Shown in pieces: positions 1 to 8,832 of a stretch of DNA of 64,000 nt. The stretch lies in the IMG/VR virus record IMGVR_UViG_3300034072_002211, positions 213,445 to 277,444 of that record, one strand, 5' to 3'. Below the pieces are notes generated by a model that was not told the origin of the DNA, did not search any database, and saw nothing but the letters and a program-made list of their open reading frames with translations. The position numbers were made by a program, and so were the translations under genes. Numbering within the stretch: the first letter of the stretch is position 1; each line of letters starts with the position of its first letter.

Positions 1-85
1 TTCAGCACGAACGTGAGCCGCTTGGCCGTAGCCATGAACTCGATAGGCGCGAGAGGATCACGGCCGGGATAGAGAAGGTGGTCCA

Positions 86-280
86 TCAGTCGAATAGACA
101 GCAGAAATCAAGGTCTCCGCCGGTCCAGACCAGTAGGCCGAGAACCACGCCGATGATGGCCGGAAGCCAATACCAGAAGCTGGCAGTTCCAAGCGTGACG
201 CTGGCGCTGATGCCGATAGCAATCAGCGAGATCATGATACCGACTACCATACAGAATAGTCCGCCGAGAAACTGTCCCAT
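86..280 (-). CDS. small membrane protein, two TM helices
   Basis: Hydrophobic MGQFLGG... ORF directly after the oxygenase; start moved to ATG at 280. Confidence 0.6.
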   Translation of the reverse strand: MGQFLGGLFCMVVGIMISLIAIGISASVTLGTASFWYWLPAIIGVVLGLLVWTGGDLDFCCLFD

Positions 281-281
281 G

Positions 282-1061
282 TTATGCCCTCTCGAATACG
301 ATATCAGTGCGGATGATGATCTTCTCCTTGTCCCACTCCTGAGAGCCCTGCTGGAAGGGCTCCCCATCGTGAAGCAGCCGATGGTCGAACAATAGCGCAT
401 GACCAGCGCGTGGCTTGTTGGCGAAGATGACTTCGTCATCGTGACCTGCTCGGTCCCAATCACTGAAGTCCATTTCGTCCATACGCTTGCCGACTTGTGG
501 ATCCCTGAGGAAGCGTGTGGCCCCATACTCGTTGGTCGTCAGGTAGATGACCAGGCTCATGAGGGTCCGCTGGGTCTCTGTCTTGGCATAGGTGCCATCA
601 TAGTGGGCGACCAGCTGTCCGCCATCCTCATAGCGGATAAAGCGCATCAGCGGATTGACGCCAATAGGCCGCCAGAGGCTGTGGTTGTCGTGGTCCGTGG
701 GCGTGAATGGGTCACAGACTCGCACGTCGGGAAGGAAGGGCTTGAGGCGCCGCCAGAGGACGTCTGCGAAGGCTTCGTTGAAATTGCTCAGACGGAAGTT
801 GCCGATCTGCTCATAGGGCTTGTTCGCGTAACCGTCCAGTCCTACCGCCTGCCATGCGTTGCGACGGAGCCCGTCGAGCAGAACGCTGACGATGCTCGGT
901 GGGAGCAAGTTGCTCGCTGTGAAAGCCTTGGCACCATTCTCGAGGTCATGAGCCTTGTACGACCACACGGGATCGCAGAGGTAGTCGCCGCCGAAATACC
1001 CAGCAGAGATAATCTTGTTGGCGTAGTCCGAATAGTCGAAAGAGTTGACGAATCCGCTCAT
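282..1061 (-). CDS. 2OG-Fe(II) oxygenase, prolyl-hydroxylase-like
   Basis: HYD...HDG facial triad and C-terminal IIRTD. Confidence 0.8.
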   Translation of the reverse strand: MSGFVNSFDYSDYANKIISAGYFGGDYLCDPVWSYKAHDLENGAKAFTASNLLPPSIVSVLLDGLRRNAWQAVGLDGYANKPYEQIGNFRLSNFNEAFADVLWRRLKPFLPDVRVCDPFTPTDHDNHSLWRPIGVNPLMRFIRYEDGGQLVAHYDGTYAKTETQRTLMSLVIYLTTNEYGATRFLRDPQVGKRMDEMDFSDWDRAGHDDEVIFANKPRAGHALLFDHRLLHDGEPFQQGSQEWDKEKIIIRTDIVFERA

Positions 1062-2056
1062 GCTGCCCTCCAGGCCGGGTTATCCCAACCACCCTTAACA
1101 CCAGCTTGCATGACGTCAAGATGGACAGCGGGCGACCGCCCCAGATACTTGTGCGCGTTGTAGCGATGCATCCGCTCCAAGTTGCCCACGTATTCGTCAT
1201 ATTGACGATAGTCATCCTCGCTGCCCTTTTCGTCGAGGATTTGATCGACCATGATGCGGGCATTGGTATGCCACTTCATGTGCGTGAACAACTCCACGAA
1301 ATCGTAGGGCGCACCGAAGACGACCTCATCCGTGGTCGCGTCGAACATATCACCCGTGGGCGCACGTTCCAGCACCTCGCGCGGCACGCCGAGGAACTCG
1401 CCGATCGCATAGACCTCGGACTTGAACATATCGCTGATCAGCTGGAGATCGACCATACCGTCGCTGGCCTTGCCGAAATAACCCAGGTAACCACCCTCGC
1501 TGAGGTTGGTCGTGCCGATGACCAGGCCGGGCTGACCCTGACCGGCCAGGACGCTGGTGATGTAATAATAGGTCGGAGTGCGGGCGTAGCTGGTGACCTG
1601 TCCGCGGCACCAGTAATACTTCTCCTCGACCGCCGATCCCAGCACGGCCTCCACGCTGTTGATGATTGCCTCGCTGATCGGGGAGATGTCGATCTCCAGC
1701 GGGTTGACTGCGAATGCCTCGCAGACTTGCTTGGCCAGATTGGCCGCCTTGGTCTGCCCCGTTACGCCGAGGTTGGTGTGATCAGGCATGGTGACTGCCA
1801 CGATACGCTCGATAGGCGAACCCGGTTCCTGCTGAGCCCGTGCGACCAGACCGAGAACCACAGCACTGTCGATGCCGCCGGAAACCGCGACCACTGCGCT
1901 CTTGAGCCCGCTCTGTCTGTAATAGTCGTTGAGCAGCTTGACCTTGGCCTCAACGACTCGCTCTACGTTGAAGCCTCGCTGAAGCCGACACATCTCAAGG
2001 GCCTCCTTGAGTGGCTGAGACATCTGCATGTTCGTTGCGTGATTACGAATTTCCAT
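1058..2056 (-). CDS. nadE: NAD+ synthetase-like N-type ATP pyrophosphatase
   Basis: SGGIDSAV PP-loop, GTTNLSE, DLQLISDMFKSEV, APTGD; AGGA RBS before ATG 2056. Confidence 0.85.
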   Translation of the reverse strand: MEIRNHATNMQMSQPLKEALEMCRLQRGFNVERVVEAKVKLLNDYYRQSGLKSAVVAVSGGIDSAVVLGLVARAQQEPGSPIERIVAVTMPDHTNLGVTGQTKAANLAKQVCEAFAVNPLEIDISPISEAIINSVEAVLGSAVEEKYYWCRGQVTSYARTPTYYYITSVLAGQGQPGLVIGTTNLSEGGYLGYFGKASDGMVDLQLISDMFKSEVYAIGEFLGVPREVLERAPTGDMFDATTDEVVFGAPYDFVELFTHMKWHTNARIMVDQILDEKGSEDDYRQYDEYVGNLERMHRYNAHKYLGRSPAVHLDVMQAGVKGGWDNPAWRAA

Positions 2057-2067
2057 GTTGCTATTCC

Positions 2068-2274
2068 TTAGCAGGTGGACTGGAGGACGACCGAACCATC
2101 TGCCCGTTCGCAAAGGACGACGCTGACCATGTGAGCCTGGCTCTTGCGCGGCTTGAAATGCTCGGTAGCCTTGACCTTGGCCTGGTAAAGCGATGAAGCG
2201 TAGAGCTCAATCTGCTTGCCGTTGAAAAAACCCATGTAACCGCAGTCGCCGGGGGTCTTTTCGTTAATTGTCAT
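2068..2274 (-). CDS. hypothetical protein
   Basis: ORF with GGAGATC RBS and TTGAC promoter. Confidence 0.7.
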   Translation of the reverse strand: MTINEKTPGDCGYMGFFNGKQIELYASSLYQAKVKATEHFKPRKSQAHMVSVVLCERADGSVVLQSTC

Positions 2275-2354
2275 GTCCGATCTCCTTTGTGCCTATGTCC
2301 TGGTTGTAACACCTAACTTGTGGGCGTCAACCAGTTTGGAACACAGGATTCAGA

Positions 2355-3125
2355 TTAGCGGCTCAGCTTCATGAGCATTGCGGTGTCTCGGAGGCTGTTG
2401 GGCATCCGCATGATCTTCTTGGTTGCGTTGTTCTCAAGCGGGATGCGGTCCCGCTCACCGGTGTCCACGCTCTCGATGACCACGCGGCGTTCGTCCGCAA
2501 AGCCCTTGACCATACAGATGTCCAGCCCTGCCCCATAGTTCAGGGCCACCACGACCAGATCACCGATTGTGACTTCCTGATCCAAACGGTCGGTGAAAGT
2601 CAGCGGACGCTTCGCTTCATTGATCTGGAAGACACGATCGCCCTGATAGTCGAGCAGAACGCTCAGATTGTTGTCCACCTCATTGCCGAAGAACTCAGGG
2701 TAGATGGTGGCTTCCTTAAACACGATCGGCTTGGTCCCGCTCAGGGTATAAATCCATGCTGCTCGTTTGGACCATGCCCAGCCCTTGTTCTTGTCAAAGT
2801 CCTTGACGAAGAAGCTCAGGGGAGTGCCACCGCCCTTGGTCAGACGCACATCGTTCTTGGGCTCGACCGTTGCCGCGAAGCTTGGACCATAGTCACCAAA
2901 GTTGGAACGCGGACCCTCTACCATTGCGGGAAAGATGCTGCCGCGGAAGATGCCGTTGTTGATCTTGATCCAGACCTCGCCCTTGAGAGTAGCCAGGCGA
3001 TCCAGCAAAGCATCACGCTCTGCGATCTGCTTGACTTCCTTGGCTGTGAGGTTCTGAGTGGGCACGAAGTTAGAACTCACATGCCACCAGTGATCCATGT
3101 TGGTCTGGCGACGAAGCTCAATCAT
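2355..3125 (-). CDS. hypothetical protein with C-terminal SH3-like module
   Basis: C-terminus resembles that of 38874..39665. Confidence 0.7.
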   Translation of the reverse strand: MIELRRQTNMDHWWHVSSNFVPTQNLTAKEVKQIAERDALLDRLATLKGEVWIKINNGIFRGSIFPAMVEGPRSNFGDYGPSFAATVEPKNDVRLTKGGGTPLSFFVKDFDKNKGWAWSKRAAWIYTLSGTKPIVFKEATIYPEFFGNEVDNNLSVLLDYQGDRVFQINEAKRPLTFTDRLDQEVTIGDLVVVALNYGAGLDICMVKGFADERRVVIESVDTGERDRIPLENNATKKIMRMPNSLRDTAMLMKLSR

Positions 3126-3430
3126 ACAAAGAACTCCACATTGGGATACATAGCCCGACGATACGCGATTGCCTCGCCGTTGAGCCAGGGTGCGTGACTG
3201 GTCAACGCGGGAGCCAAATCAGGTCTCCTAAACGCCCGAGCCCAGCTGTATTGGACGTGGGGTTGATCTTCATAGAAGGCGATAAAGCGGCGATCACGCA
3301 CCTGCTTCGAAAACGATTTGGACCAGCTCTTCCTCGCATGGAGGATCACCAGCGGGTGAACGTGTGGACTGGCATTCCGGCGCATCGCTGCGACCAGTCC
3401 CAAGCTTTGCCCTCTTAGCTGTTTCCTCAT
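3122..3430 (-). CDS. hypothetical basic protein
   Basis: ORF overlapping the next start by 4 nt. Confidence 0.5.
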   Translation of the reverse strand: MRKQLRGQSLGLVAAMRRNASPHVHPLVILHARKSWSKSFSKQVRDRRFIAFYEDQPHVQYSWARAFRRPDLAPALTSHAPWLNGEAIAYRRAMYPNVEFFV

Positions 3431-3770
3431 TGAACTTCCGTAGCATCACTGAGTCCTGTGTCAAACCCAGATAGTTGCGAATTGATTGGTTCCCGGCCAG
3501 AGCCTTCTCCAACTTGCTTGTGGGAAGACAGCTCAGGAACCCGTTGACTTTGGAGCAATATAGGGCGAGGATCTTTGCGTTCTTCCAGCGCACGATCCAC
3601 CATGTCTTGGTATTGGATTTGCGGCCCACATAGTTGCTCTTGTGGCCGTTCTTTATCTGATCACGCAGGGCTAGCCACTCATGGTGTTCCATATTGTGGA
3701 TGCCATATCGTTCACCCAAGCGAGCGCGGAAGTGTCTCCAAGCGCCGCGCTGGGTTTTCTGAAAGTTCAT
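3294..3770 (-). CDS. hypothetical protein
   Basis: ORF with RBS; 3' end overlaps the neighbour by ~135 nt. Confidence 0.55.
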   Translation of the reverse strand: MNFQKTQRGAWRHFRARLGERYGIHNMEHHEWLALRDQIKNGHKSNYVGRKSNTKTWWIVRWKNAKILALYCSKVNGFLSCLPTSKLEKALAGNQSIRNYLGLTQDSVMLRKFNEETAKRAKLGTGRSDAPECQSTRSPAGDPPCEEELVQIVFEAGA

Positions 3771-3895
3771 TCCTTAGCTCTGGTATAACGATATCGCGGA
3801 TCGCTATAAAGCCAAATGCCAAAGTGAGCAATGTGCCGACCATGTTTCACCCCAGAAAAGTGACAGAACAGGTGTCTTTCCAGTAAACTGACATC

Positions 3896-4456
3896 ATGGC
3901 CAACTGGGAATATATTCTGTTCGATCTGGAGTGTAATGGGTTCAAACCTGACAAGATCTGGGTGATCTCGATGGTTGATCTCATTTCACGCGAGAAGGCA
4001 AGCTTCGTCGGTGCTGAGGCCATAGCAGAAGCCATCCTGCGACTGCAAGACGCAAAGCTGCTCGTGGGTCACAATATCAAGACCTTTGATATCAGGGTGA
4101 TTGAGAAGATCATGGAGGGTGCCGTGACGTTCGATCGCAATCGTGTCCTTGATACTCTCCACATGAGCAAGGCGCTTGTGAAGATGGACAATCACAAGCT
4201 TGAGGGCTGGGGTGAACTGCTGGGCAAACCCAAGCTGGACACACCATTCAGCTTCTACAGGTATGACCCCAGGATGGTTCCCTACTGTGAGCGGGACGTG
4301 GAACTCAACTTGGATGTGTTCTTGGCTCTCTGGAGCATCATGGAGCAACGCCACGGAGAGAAGATTCCTCCCAAGTGGCAGATGCTCACTGAGTATAGGC
4401 AAAGCCTGCCTAGCGCGACACCAAGCCCAGACCTCCCTGGATCCGGCCATCTTTGA
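3896..4456 (+). CDS. stand-alone 3'-5' exonuclease, PolA/T7 gp5 proofreading type
   Basis: FDLECNG ExoI, GHNIKTFD ExoII, DTL, YCERDVELN ExoIII. Confidence 0.85.
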   Translation: MANWEYILFDLECNGFKPDKIWVISMVDLISREKASFVGAEAIAEAILRLQDAKLLVGHNIKTFDIRVIEKIMEGAVTFDRNRVLDTLHMSKALVKMDNHKLEGWGELLGKPKLDTPFSFYRYDPRMVPYCERDVELNLDVFLALWSIMEQRHGEKIPPKWQMLTEYRQSLPSATPSPDLPGSGHL

Positions 4457-4808
4457 TGTTGAGGTCCTGGAGGCGCGCATTGCGCCATTTGTTCGCCTGG
4501 TAAGCGCCATCGCATACTTGTAGAACCAGACACCAACCAAATAGTTTACGGCGGGGTTTGAAGCAAGTCGGCAGGGCATCACTGTCACGAGGACTGATAA
4601 GGCTCTGAAGACTCATATTGGTCAGATCCTGTAGTGTGACATCACACCATTCAGAGCCTTTGAACACCCACCGAGGACTCACGTATCCTTTTACTACTTC
4701 AATCCGCATTTCCATTTGCAGGACGATCAACGGATCTCGGAACAGACGACCCTGCAGTCTGAAACGAAACTGATCCGTTCGAATACGGCGGATATCGCCC
4801 TCTTGCAT
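4410..4808 (-). CDS. hypothetical protein
   Basis: ORF coupled to upstream stop. Confidence 0.55.
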   Translation of the reverse strand: MQEGDIRRIRTDQFRFRLQGRLFRDPLIVLQMEMRIEVVKGYVSPRWVFKGSEWCDVTLQDLTNMSLQSLISPRDSDALPTCFKPRRKLFGWCLVLQVCDGAYQANKWRNARLQDLNIKDGRIQGGLGLVSR

Positions 4809-5353
4809 TAGGGAATAATCTCCACAAAGGCCCGCTTCTTCTTGGGACCCAGTTCGTGACGGCCGAGCTCAAGAGGCTTGTCCCAGCCGTTCTTACGTGC
4901 TTGGCTCACGCTGGGGAAGAAGCCCAGATCCACCATCAGGTGGGCCATGAGGGGCTTGTTCTCGGCTTCCATTTCAGACTTGCTGATCTTCTGCGCGGGC
5001 TTTTGTGGATTGCCGTCGGGACCAATGTCCCACCAGCCCATAGCAGCGCCACGCTGGATACCTTCCTCATTGCGCCGCTTCAGATCCTCGAGGAACTCTG
5101 CCTTGGTCTGTCCACCCCAGAACTCCAGGTCATCGTCACGAACAATCGTGAACTCATGATCACCGAAGAAGAATGTGCCACGAAAGCCTTCGCCGGGCAT
5201 GGGAACGTCCACCCCATGAGTTTCGTGGATCTGATGGATCTTGGTCTCGATGAGGTTGCCCATCCACCAGATCTCTTCCTCTTCCTCGCGAACCGTCTGA
5301 ATGGTCTGGAAGCCGGGGCCTATGAAACGGCCAGTTGGGAAAAGAACTTTCAT
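4808..5353 (-). CDS. hypothetical protein with C-terminal S4-like motif
   Basis: LMVDLGFFPSVSQARKNGW resembles the TyrRS S4 motif; GGAG RBS before ATG 5353. Confidence 0.6.
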   Translation of the reverse strand: MKVLFPTGRFIGPGFQTIQTVREEEEEIWWMGNLIETKIHQIHETHGVDVPMPGEGFRGTFFFGDHEFTIVRDDDLEFWGGQTKAEFLEDLKRRNEEGIQRGAAMGWWDIGPDGNPQKPAQKISKSEMEAENKPLMAHLMVDLGFFPSVSQARKNGWDKPLELGRHELGPKKKRAFVEIIP

Positions 5354-5385
5354 GTCACCGCTCCTAAGCGAGGACTGGTGAGTTG

Positions 5386-5778
5386 TCAACCAGAAACTTC
5401 ATCGCTCACCATAAGTTCCATCAGCTTGGTGCGCTCCTCGGCGGACATCGTGTTGTCACGGACCAACTTGGTCATCCGATCCCAGATGTCGCGCTGGACT
5501 GCCGAGACGCCGTTGACGAACCGACCCTTGTCATCGTGGATGATGGTCTTCCACCACAGGTAGTCGGTCACGGTGAGCTCAAGCCGATAACCGTCGGCGA
5601 GCTTGCCCTTGATCAGCGTGGGCACCTCGATGGAACCAAACTCTTTGGCCGTCTCATCGTCGATGATCTTGACAAGAGCCTGGTAGAACTGAAGGAAGAC
5701 ATCATGCTCCCGTGCTTCGCGTTCACGCGAGCCGGTGATGATGGAAGTAAGCGTCTCGAATGCGCGGAAAGAAATCAT
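5386..5778 (-). CDS. hypothetical protein
   Basis: ORF with GGAG RBS. Confidence 0.7.
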   Translation of the reverse strand: MISFRAFETLTSIITGSREREAREHDVFLQFYQALVKIIDDETAKEFGSIEVPTLIKGKLADGYRLELTVTDYLWWKTIIHDDKGRFVNGVSAVQRDIWDRMTKLVRDNTMSAEERTKLMELMVSDEVSG

Positions 5779-5823
5779 GGTTTGCTCCTTTGAGCCACCA
5801 TATATGCGGTGATTGGTGAGAGA

Positions 5824-6117
5824 TCAACTCTCCAGGCTGCGGCGAATGATGTTCTTGCCGGCCTGGCGCTGCTTGCGCTGGGGTTCCTTGACCTGGCTCT
5901 TGCGGTAGATATAATCGTGACCGTTGAGCTTGAAGCCGCCCTCGTTGTCGATGGTCGCAGTCTGGCACTTGTCCATCTGGATGGCACCGTCCTGACCGCG
6001 GAGGATCGCGTCGTCCTTGCGACCGCGCCAGGCCCAAAGACCGGCCGCATCGCGCTGACGGTTGCGGTGAATGGCCTTGATGAGACCAGCGTCACGGTTG
6101 CGGTAGGTGCGAGCCAT
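5824..6117 (-). CDS. small basic hypothetical protein
   Basis: GGAGATC RBS, host-like codon bias. Confidence 0.7.
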   Translation of the reverse strand: MARTYRNRDAGLIKAIHRNRQRDAAGLWAWRGRKDDAILRGQDGAIQMDKCQTATIDNEGGFKLNGHDYIYRKSQVKEPQRKQRQAGKNIIRRSLES

Positions 6118-6234
6118 CGTCGATCTCCTAAAAGAGGTTGGGGAATGGCGGATGCTTAACTCAGCTCTTCGAGCCTATTTCAACACCCGGGCTCCACGCC
6201 CCGTATCACCTAATTAGCAGAACTGGTGACTCTG

Positions 6235-6741
6235 TCAACCAGAAAGTTTGTCCAGTTTGTCACAAAGTGTCTGGAAACGTTCTGAGGTCAATTCCCACTC
6301 TTCCCCGGTGGGCTTCAGAGATAGAACGGTGCGGACCGCGTGTTCGCGTTCTTCATCCACGATAGCGCCGCGCTTCTCTTGGATGATGCGCGATGTCTCG
6401 TTCTTCTTGTTATAACCGCTGCGAAGCTCGTCATAGAGCCCCTCGCCTCGCCAGAGGTTGATCATCTCGCGCATCAGCGTCTGATAGATTCCAAGGCGCC
6501 GCCAAGACGGAAGCGTATAGGCTCCTGTGATGTAGACTTTTCGATGGGCTTCGATAGGTGCGAAGATCACCATAGAAATCGGTTGGCCATTATAATAGAT
6601 GGCTGCGAAATGGTATAGTTCGGTGTTGGGCCAGTTGCTGGCCATTCCCCGCCGTGCCATTTCATTCTTATACCAGAGGTTCATCTCCGCGATCTCGGGA
6701 GCATTGCCTATCTGGCTCATTCGGAACATGATTTCACCCAT
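6235..6741 (-). CDS. GNAT family acetyltransferase
   Basis: YTLPSWRRLGIY acetyl-CoA motif A and N..SR motif B. Confidence 0.75.
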   Translation of the reverse strand: MGEIMFRMSQIGNAPEIAEMNLWYKNEMARRGMASNWPNTELYHFAAIYYNGQPISMVIFAPIEAHRKVYITGAYTLPSWRRLGIYQTLMREMINLWRGEGLYDELRSGYNKKNETSRIIQEKRGAIVDEEREHAVRTVLSLKPTGEEWELTSERFQTLCDKLDKLSG

Positions 6742-6779
6742 GTGCCTACTCTAACATAGACACATGGGAGGTCAACACC

Positions 6780-6917
6780 TTACTTGAGTTTGCTGAGTAG
6801 GTCCAGCATGTCCGAGGGGATGGTTTCCTGGACCCGGAAGCGAGACTGAAGGGTTTCACCGATCATGGCCATTTGCTGCTCCTCTTTTGTCTTTGGAGCC
6901 AGTTTAACGCACCTCAT
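6780..6917 (-). CDS. NepR-like anti-sigma peptide, 45 aa
   Basis: Not in ORF track; MRCVKLAPKTKEEQQMAMIGETLQSRFRVQETIPSDMLDLLSKLK matches the IG..L...F...E..P....LL..L pattern; ATGA overlap with upstream gene. Confidence 0.55.
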   Translation of the reverse strand: MRCVKLAPKTKEEQQMAMIGETLQSRFRVQETIPSDMLDLLSKLK

Positions 6918-7291
6918 ATGGAATCGTTGCGAGTTTTCACCACAAACCTCTCCGGCTCTGAATCTCCCAACTTGACCAGCGCCGCTATGTCAGATGGGAC
7001 GATCACATAAAACTCAACACGTCGGAGCGAATCATCGTCCGATCCTGCCACCCTCATCATAGGACCAACCGGTCTCCATTCAAAGCCCAGAATGGCATTG
7101 TGCTTAAGGAATTCTCCTAACCTAAGTAAGGCAATTCCCGTGGCTCCTCCCTCAACGAGCCAGCGCAAATGCCGGTGCTCTGTCTCCCAGTCGCTCGTGT
7201 CCGTGTAGATGCCGCTGTAACACACTGTAGTCGCACACAAGTGGACCCGCGTGTGACCCTCTGAGAGCTCTGCCAGGGTGCTCATATCCAC
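6914..7291 (-). CDS. hypothetical protein
   Basis: ORF in operon. Confidence 0.6.
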   Translation of the reverse strand: MDMSTLAELSEGHTRVHLCATTVCYSGIYTDTSDWETEHRHLRWLVEGGATGIALLRLGEFLKHNAILGFEWRPVGPMMRVAGSDDDSLRRVEFYVIVPSDIAALVKLGDSEPERFVVKTRNDSI

Positions 7292-7650
7292 GGACGCAGA
7301 CCCTTGAGGATCTCTTCGCGTTCGTTGACGTCAATGGGCCCAATGCCAAGAGCCGTGATCATAGGACGCGGGAACACGGTCTTGCCTGCATCCTTGATCA
7401 GAGCCGTGCCGCACTTTCCCTTGTAGAGACGGCTCAGCTGATGGAGCGTCTCCTCGCTGGCGTGTAGGCAAACCTTGCCCACGATACCAGTGTCGCGATA
7501 GGCTTTGACCTGCTCTGGATGGTTGTCCATTGCGTCGAAGATAGCCTCGGTGAATGCGTGACCGATCTGGGCACCCATCTTTCCGCGGTTACCGCCTGCG
7601 GCTTTCACTGCTTCGTCGCTCACGATACAGTAGAGTTTGATATCAGGCAC
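7282..7650 (-). CDS. peptidyl-tRNA hydrolase, PTH2 family
   Basis: GKMGAQIGHA, IKDAGKTVF, TALGIGP. Confidence 0.85.
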   Translation of the reverse strand: MPDIKLYCIVSDEAVKAAGGNRGKMGAQIGHAFTEAIFDAMDNHPEQVKAYRDTGIVGKVCLHASEETLHQLSRLYKGKCGTALIKDAGKTVFPRPMITALGIGPIDVNEREEILKGLRPWI

Positions 7651-8023
7651 TGTTCAGTCTTTCCCACATGAGTTCTTGTTTAATACGAGGATTCTTTGCT
7701 CCATAGTAGGCAACGCCTGCCCTAAAGAGCTTGATTTCCAATGCATGCCTGGGTTCTGGATCAAAAGGCCTCATGCCTTTGTCGCAGGCTTGCTTGTAGA
7801 TCTTTGCTAAGTTCCAGAGTTGTCGCATATTGATTCTCTGGTAGATTTTGAGGACTTCAAGCGAAGAGGATAATCGCACCACATCACCCAACTGTAGGGC
7901 GGTGTTCACCGCAAGCTTTTGCTTGGTGACTAGATGATTCTTAAGGGCGAGGAAATGGACCGCTGCTTCGGCTCGCAGGTCCTTGATCTTTTTAGATCGC
8001 TGGTGGGTTTCCTCGAATGTCAC
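7643..8023 (-). CDS. hypothetical protein
   Basis: ORF in operon. Confidence 0.55.
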   Translation of the reverse strand: MTFEETHQRSKKIKDLRAEAAVHFLALKNHLVTKQKLAVNTALQLGDVVRLSSSLEVLKIYQRINMRQLWNLAKIYKQACDKGMRPFDPEPRHALEIKLFRAGVAYYGAKNPRIKQELMWERLNSA

Positions 8024-8053
8024 TCCTCAGAGTAACAGGAGGTTGATCCTAGA

Positions 8054-8209
8054 TCAACCCTTTAGGATGACGCAAGCTTCCTTGCAGCAGGTGCCGCACT
8101 TGACCGCGCAGCCTAGGAACTGGTAAGCTTGGTGGGGAGATTTCGCGCCGGCCTGCTTGGCCTTAAGGATCTTTCCCTCGTTCAGGTTGTTACAAACACA
8201 GATGACCAT
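8054..8209 (-). CDS. bfd: Bfd-like [2Fe-2S] protein, 51 aa
   Basis: Not in ORF track; MVICVCN...CGTCC; GGAGG RBS and TAAATA upstream. Confidence 0.85.
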   Translation of the reverse strand: MVICVCNNLNEGKILKAKQAGAKSPHQAYQFLGCAVKCGTCCKEACVILKG

Positions 8210-8257
8210 AAACCCTCCACCAGTATCGCACCTATTTAAGCGATCAGGTGAGAGTTG

Positions 8258-8536
8258 TCAAATGCGTTGTAGCTTGAGCATCATGGCGCTCGCCATGCCG
8301 TGCTTCTTGGCGTGATAGTAGATCTCGCCTTCTCGATAGAACTGGAGGAGAGGGCTGGGGATAACCTTTGTGGCATCAGCGCCAGCTACGATAAAGGCTT
8401 CAAGAGTTGAAGCCGTTTCCTCCCATGCTTGTCGCATGTTGAGACCTTCGAACCGCCGCTTCCCAGGGCTGATATAGACTTGGCGGGCCTCGTGACAGGC
8501 CCGCTTTGTCCGTTCCCTGAGGTCTTTGAGAGTCAC
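8258..8536 (-). CDS. hypothetical protein
   Basis: ORF ending AMMLKL. Confidence 0.6.
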   Translation of the reverse strand: MTLKDLRERTKRACHEARQVYISPGKRRFEGLNMRQAWEETASTLEAFIVAGADATKVIPSPLLQFYREGEIYYHAKKHGMASAMMLKLQRI

Positions 8537-8814
8537 GCCTTGCCGAAGGTCTTGTCGAGCAGGCCGGTCAGCACCGCGCGCGGCTCATCGTCGGTCGCGC
8601 CGGTGTCGCTGAACTGGACCATCACATCGACCACAGCCGTTTCCACGGTGTCCCGGTCCATGCCGGCGTTGACGCAGTCGGTGAACTTCTCGTTCAGGCG
8701 GAATGCCGCACGAGCGAGCCGCGTTTCGGATTTGCGGTCGGCAGCAACGAGCTCCCAGTCATCCGCCGAGAGGTTCGGGTTCTCGATTTTCGTGCTTGCG
8801 GTCAGTGCGGGCAT
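8533..8814 (-). CDS. hypothetical protein
   Basis: ORF with RBS. Confidence 0.7.
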   Translation of the reverse strand: MPALTASTKIENPNLSADDWELVAADRKSETRLARAAFRLNEKFTDCVNAGMDRDTVETAVVDVMVQFSDTGATDDEPRAVLTGLLDKTFGKA

Positions 8815-8832
8815 TTTGTGTCTCCCCTCGGG

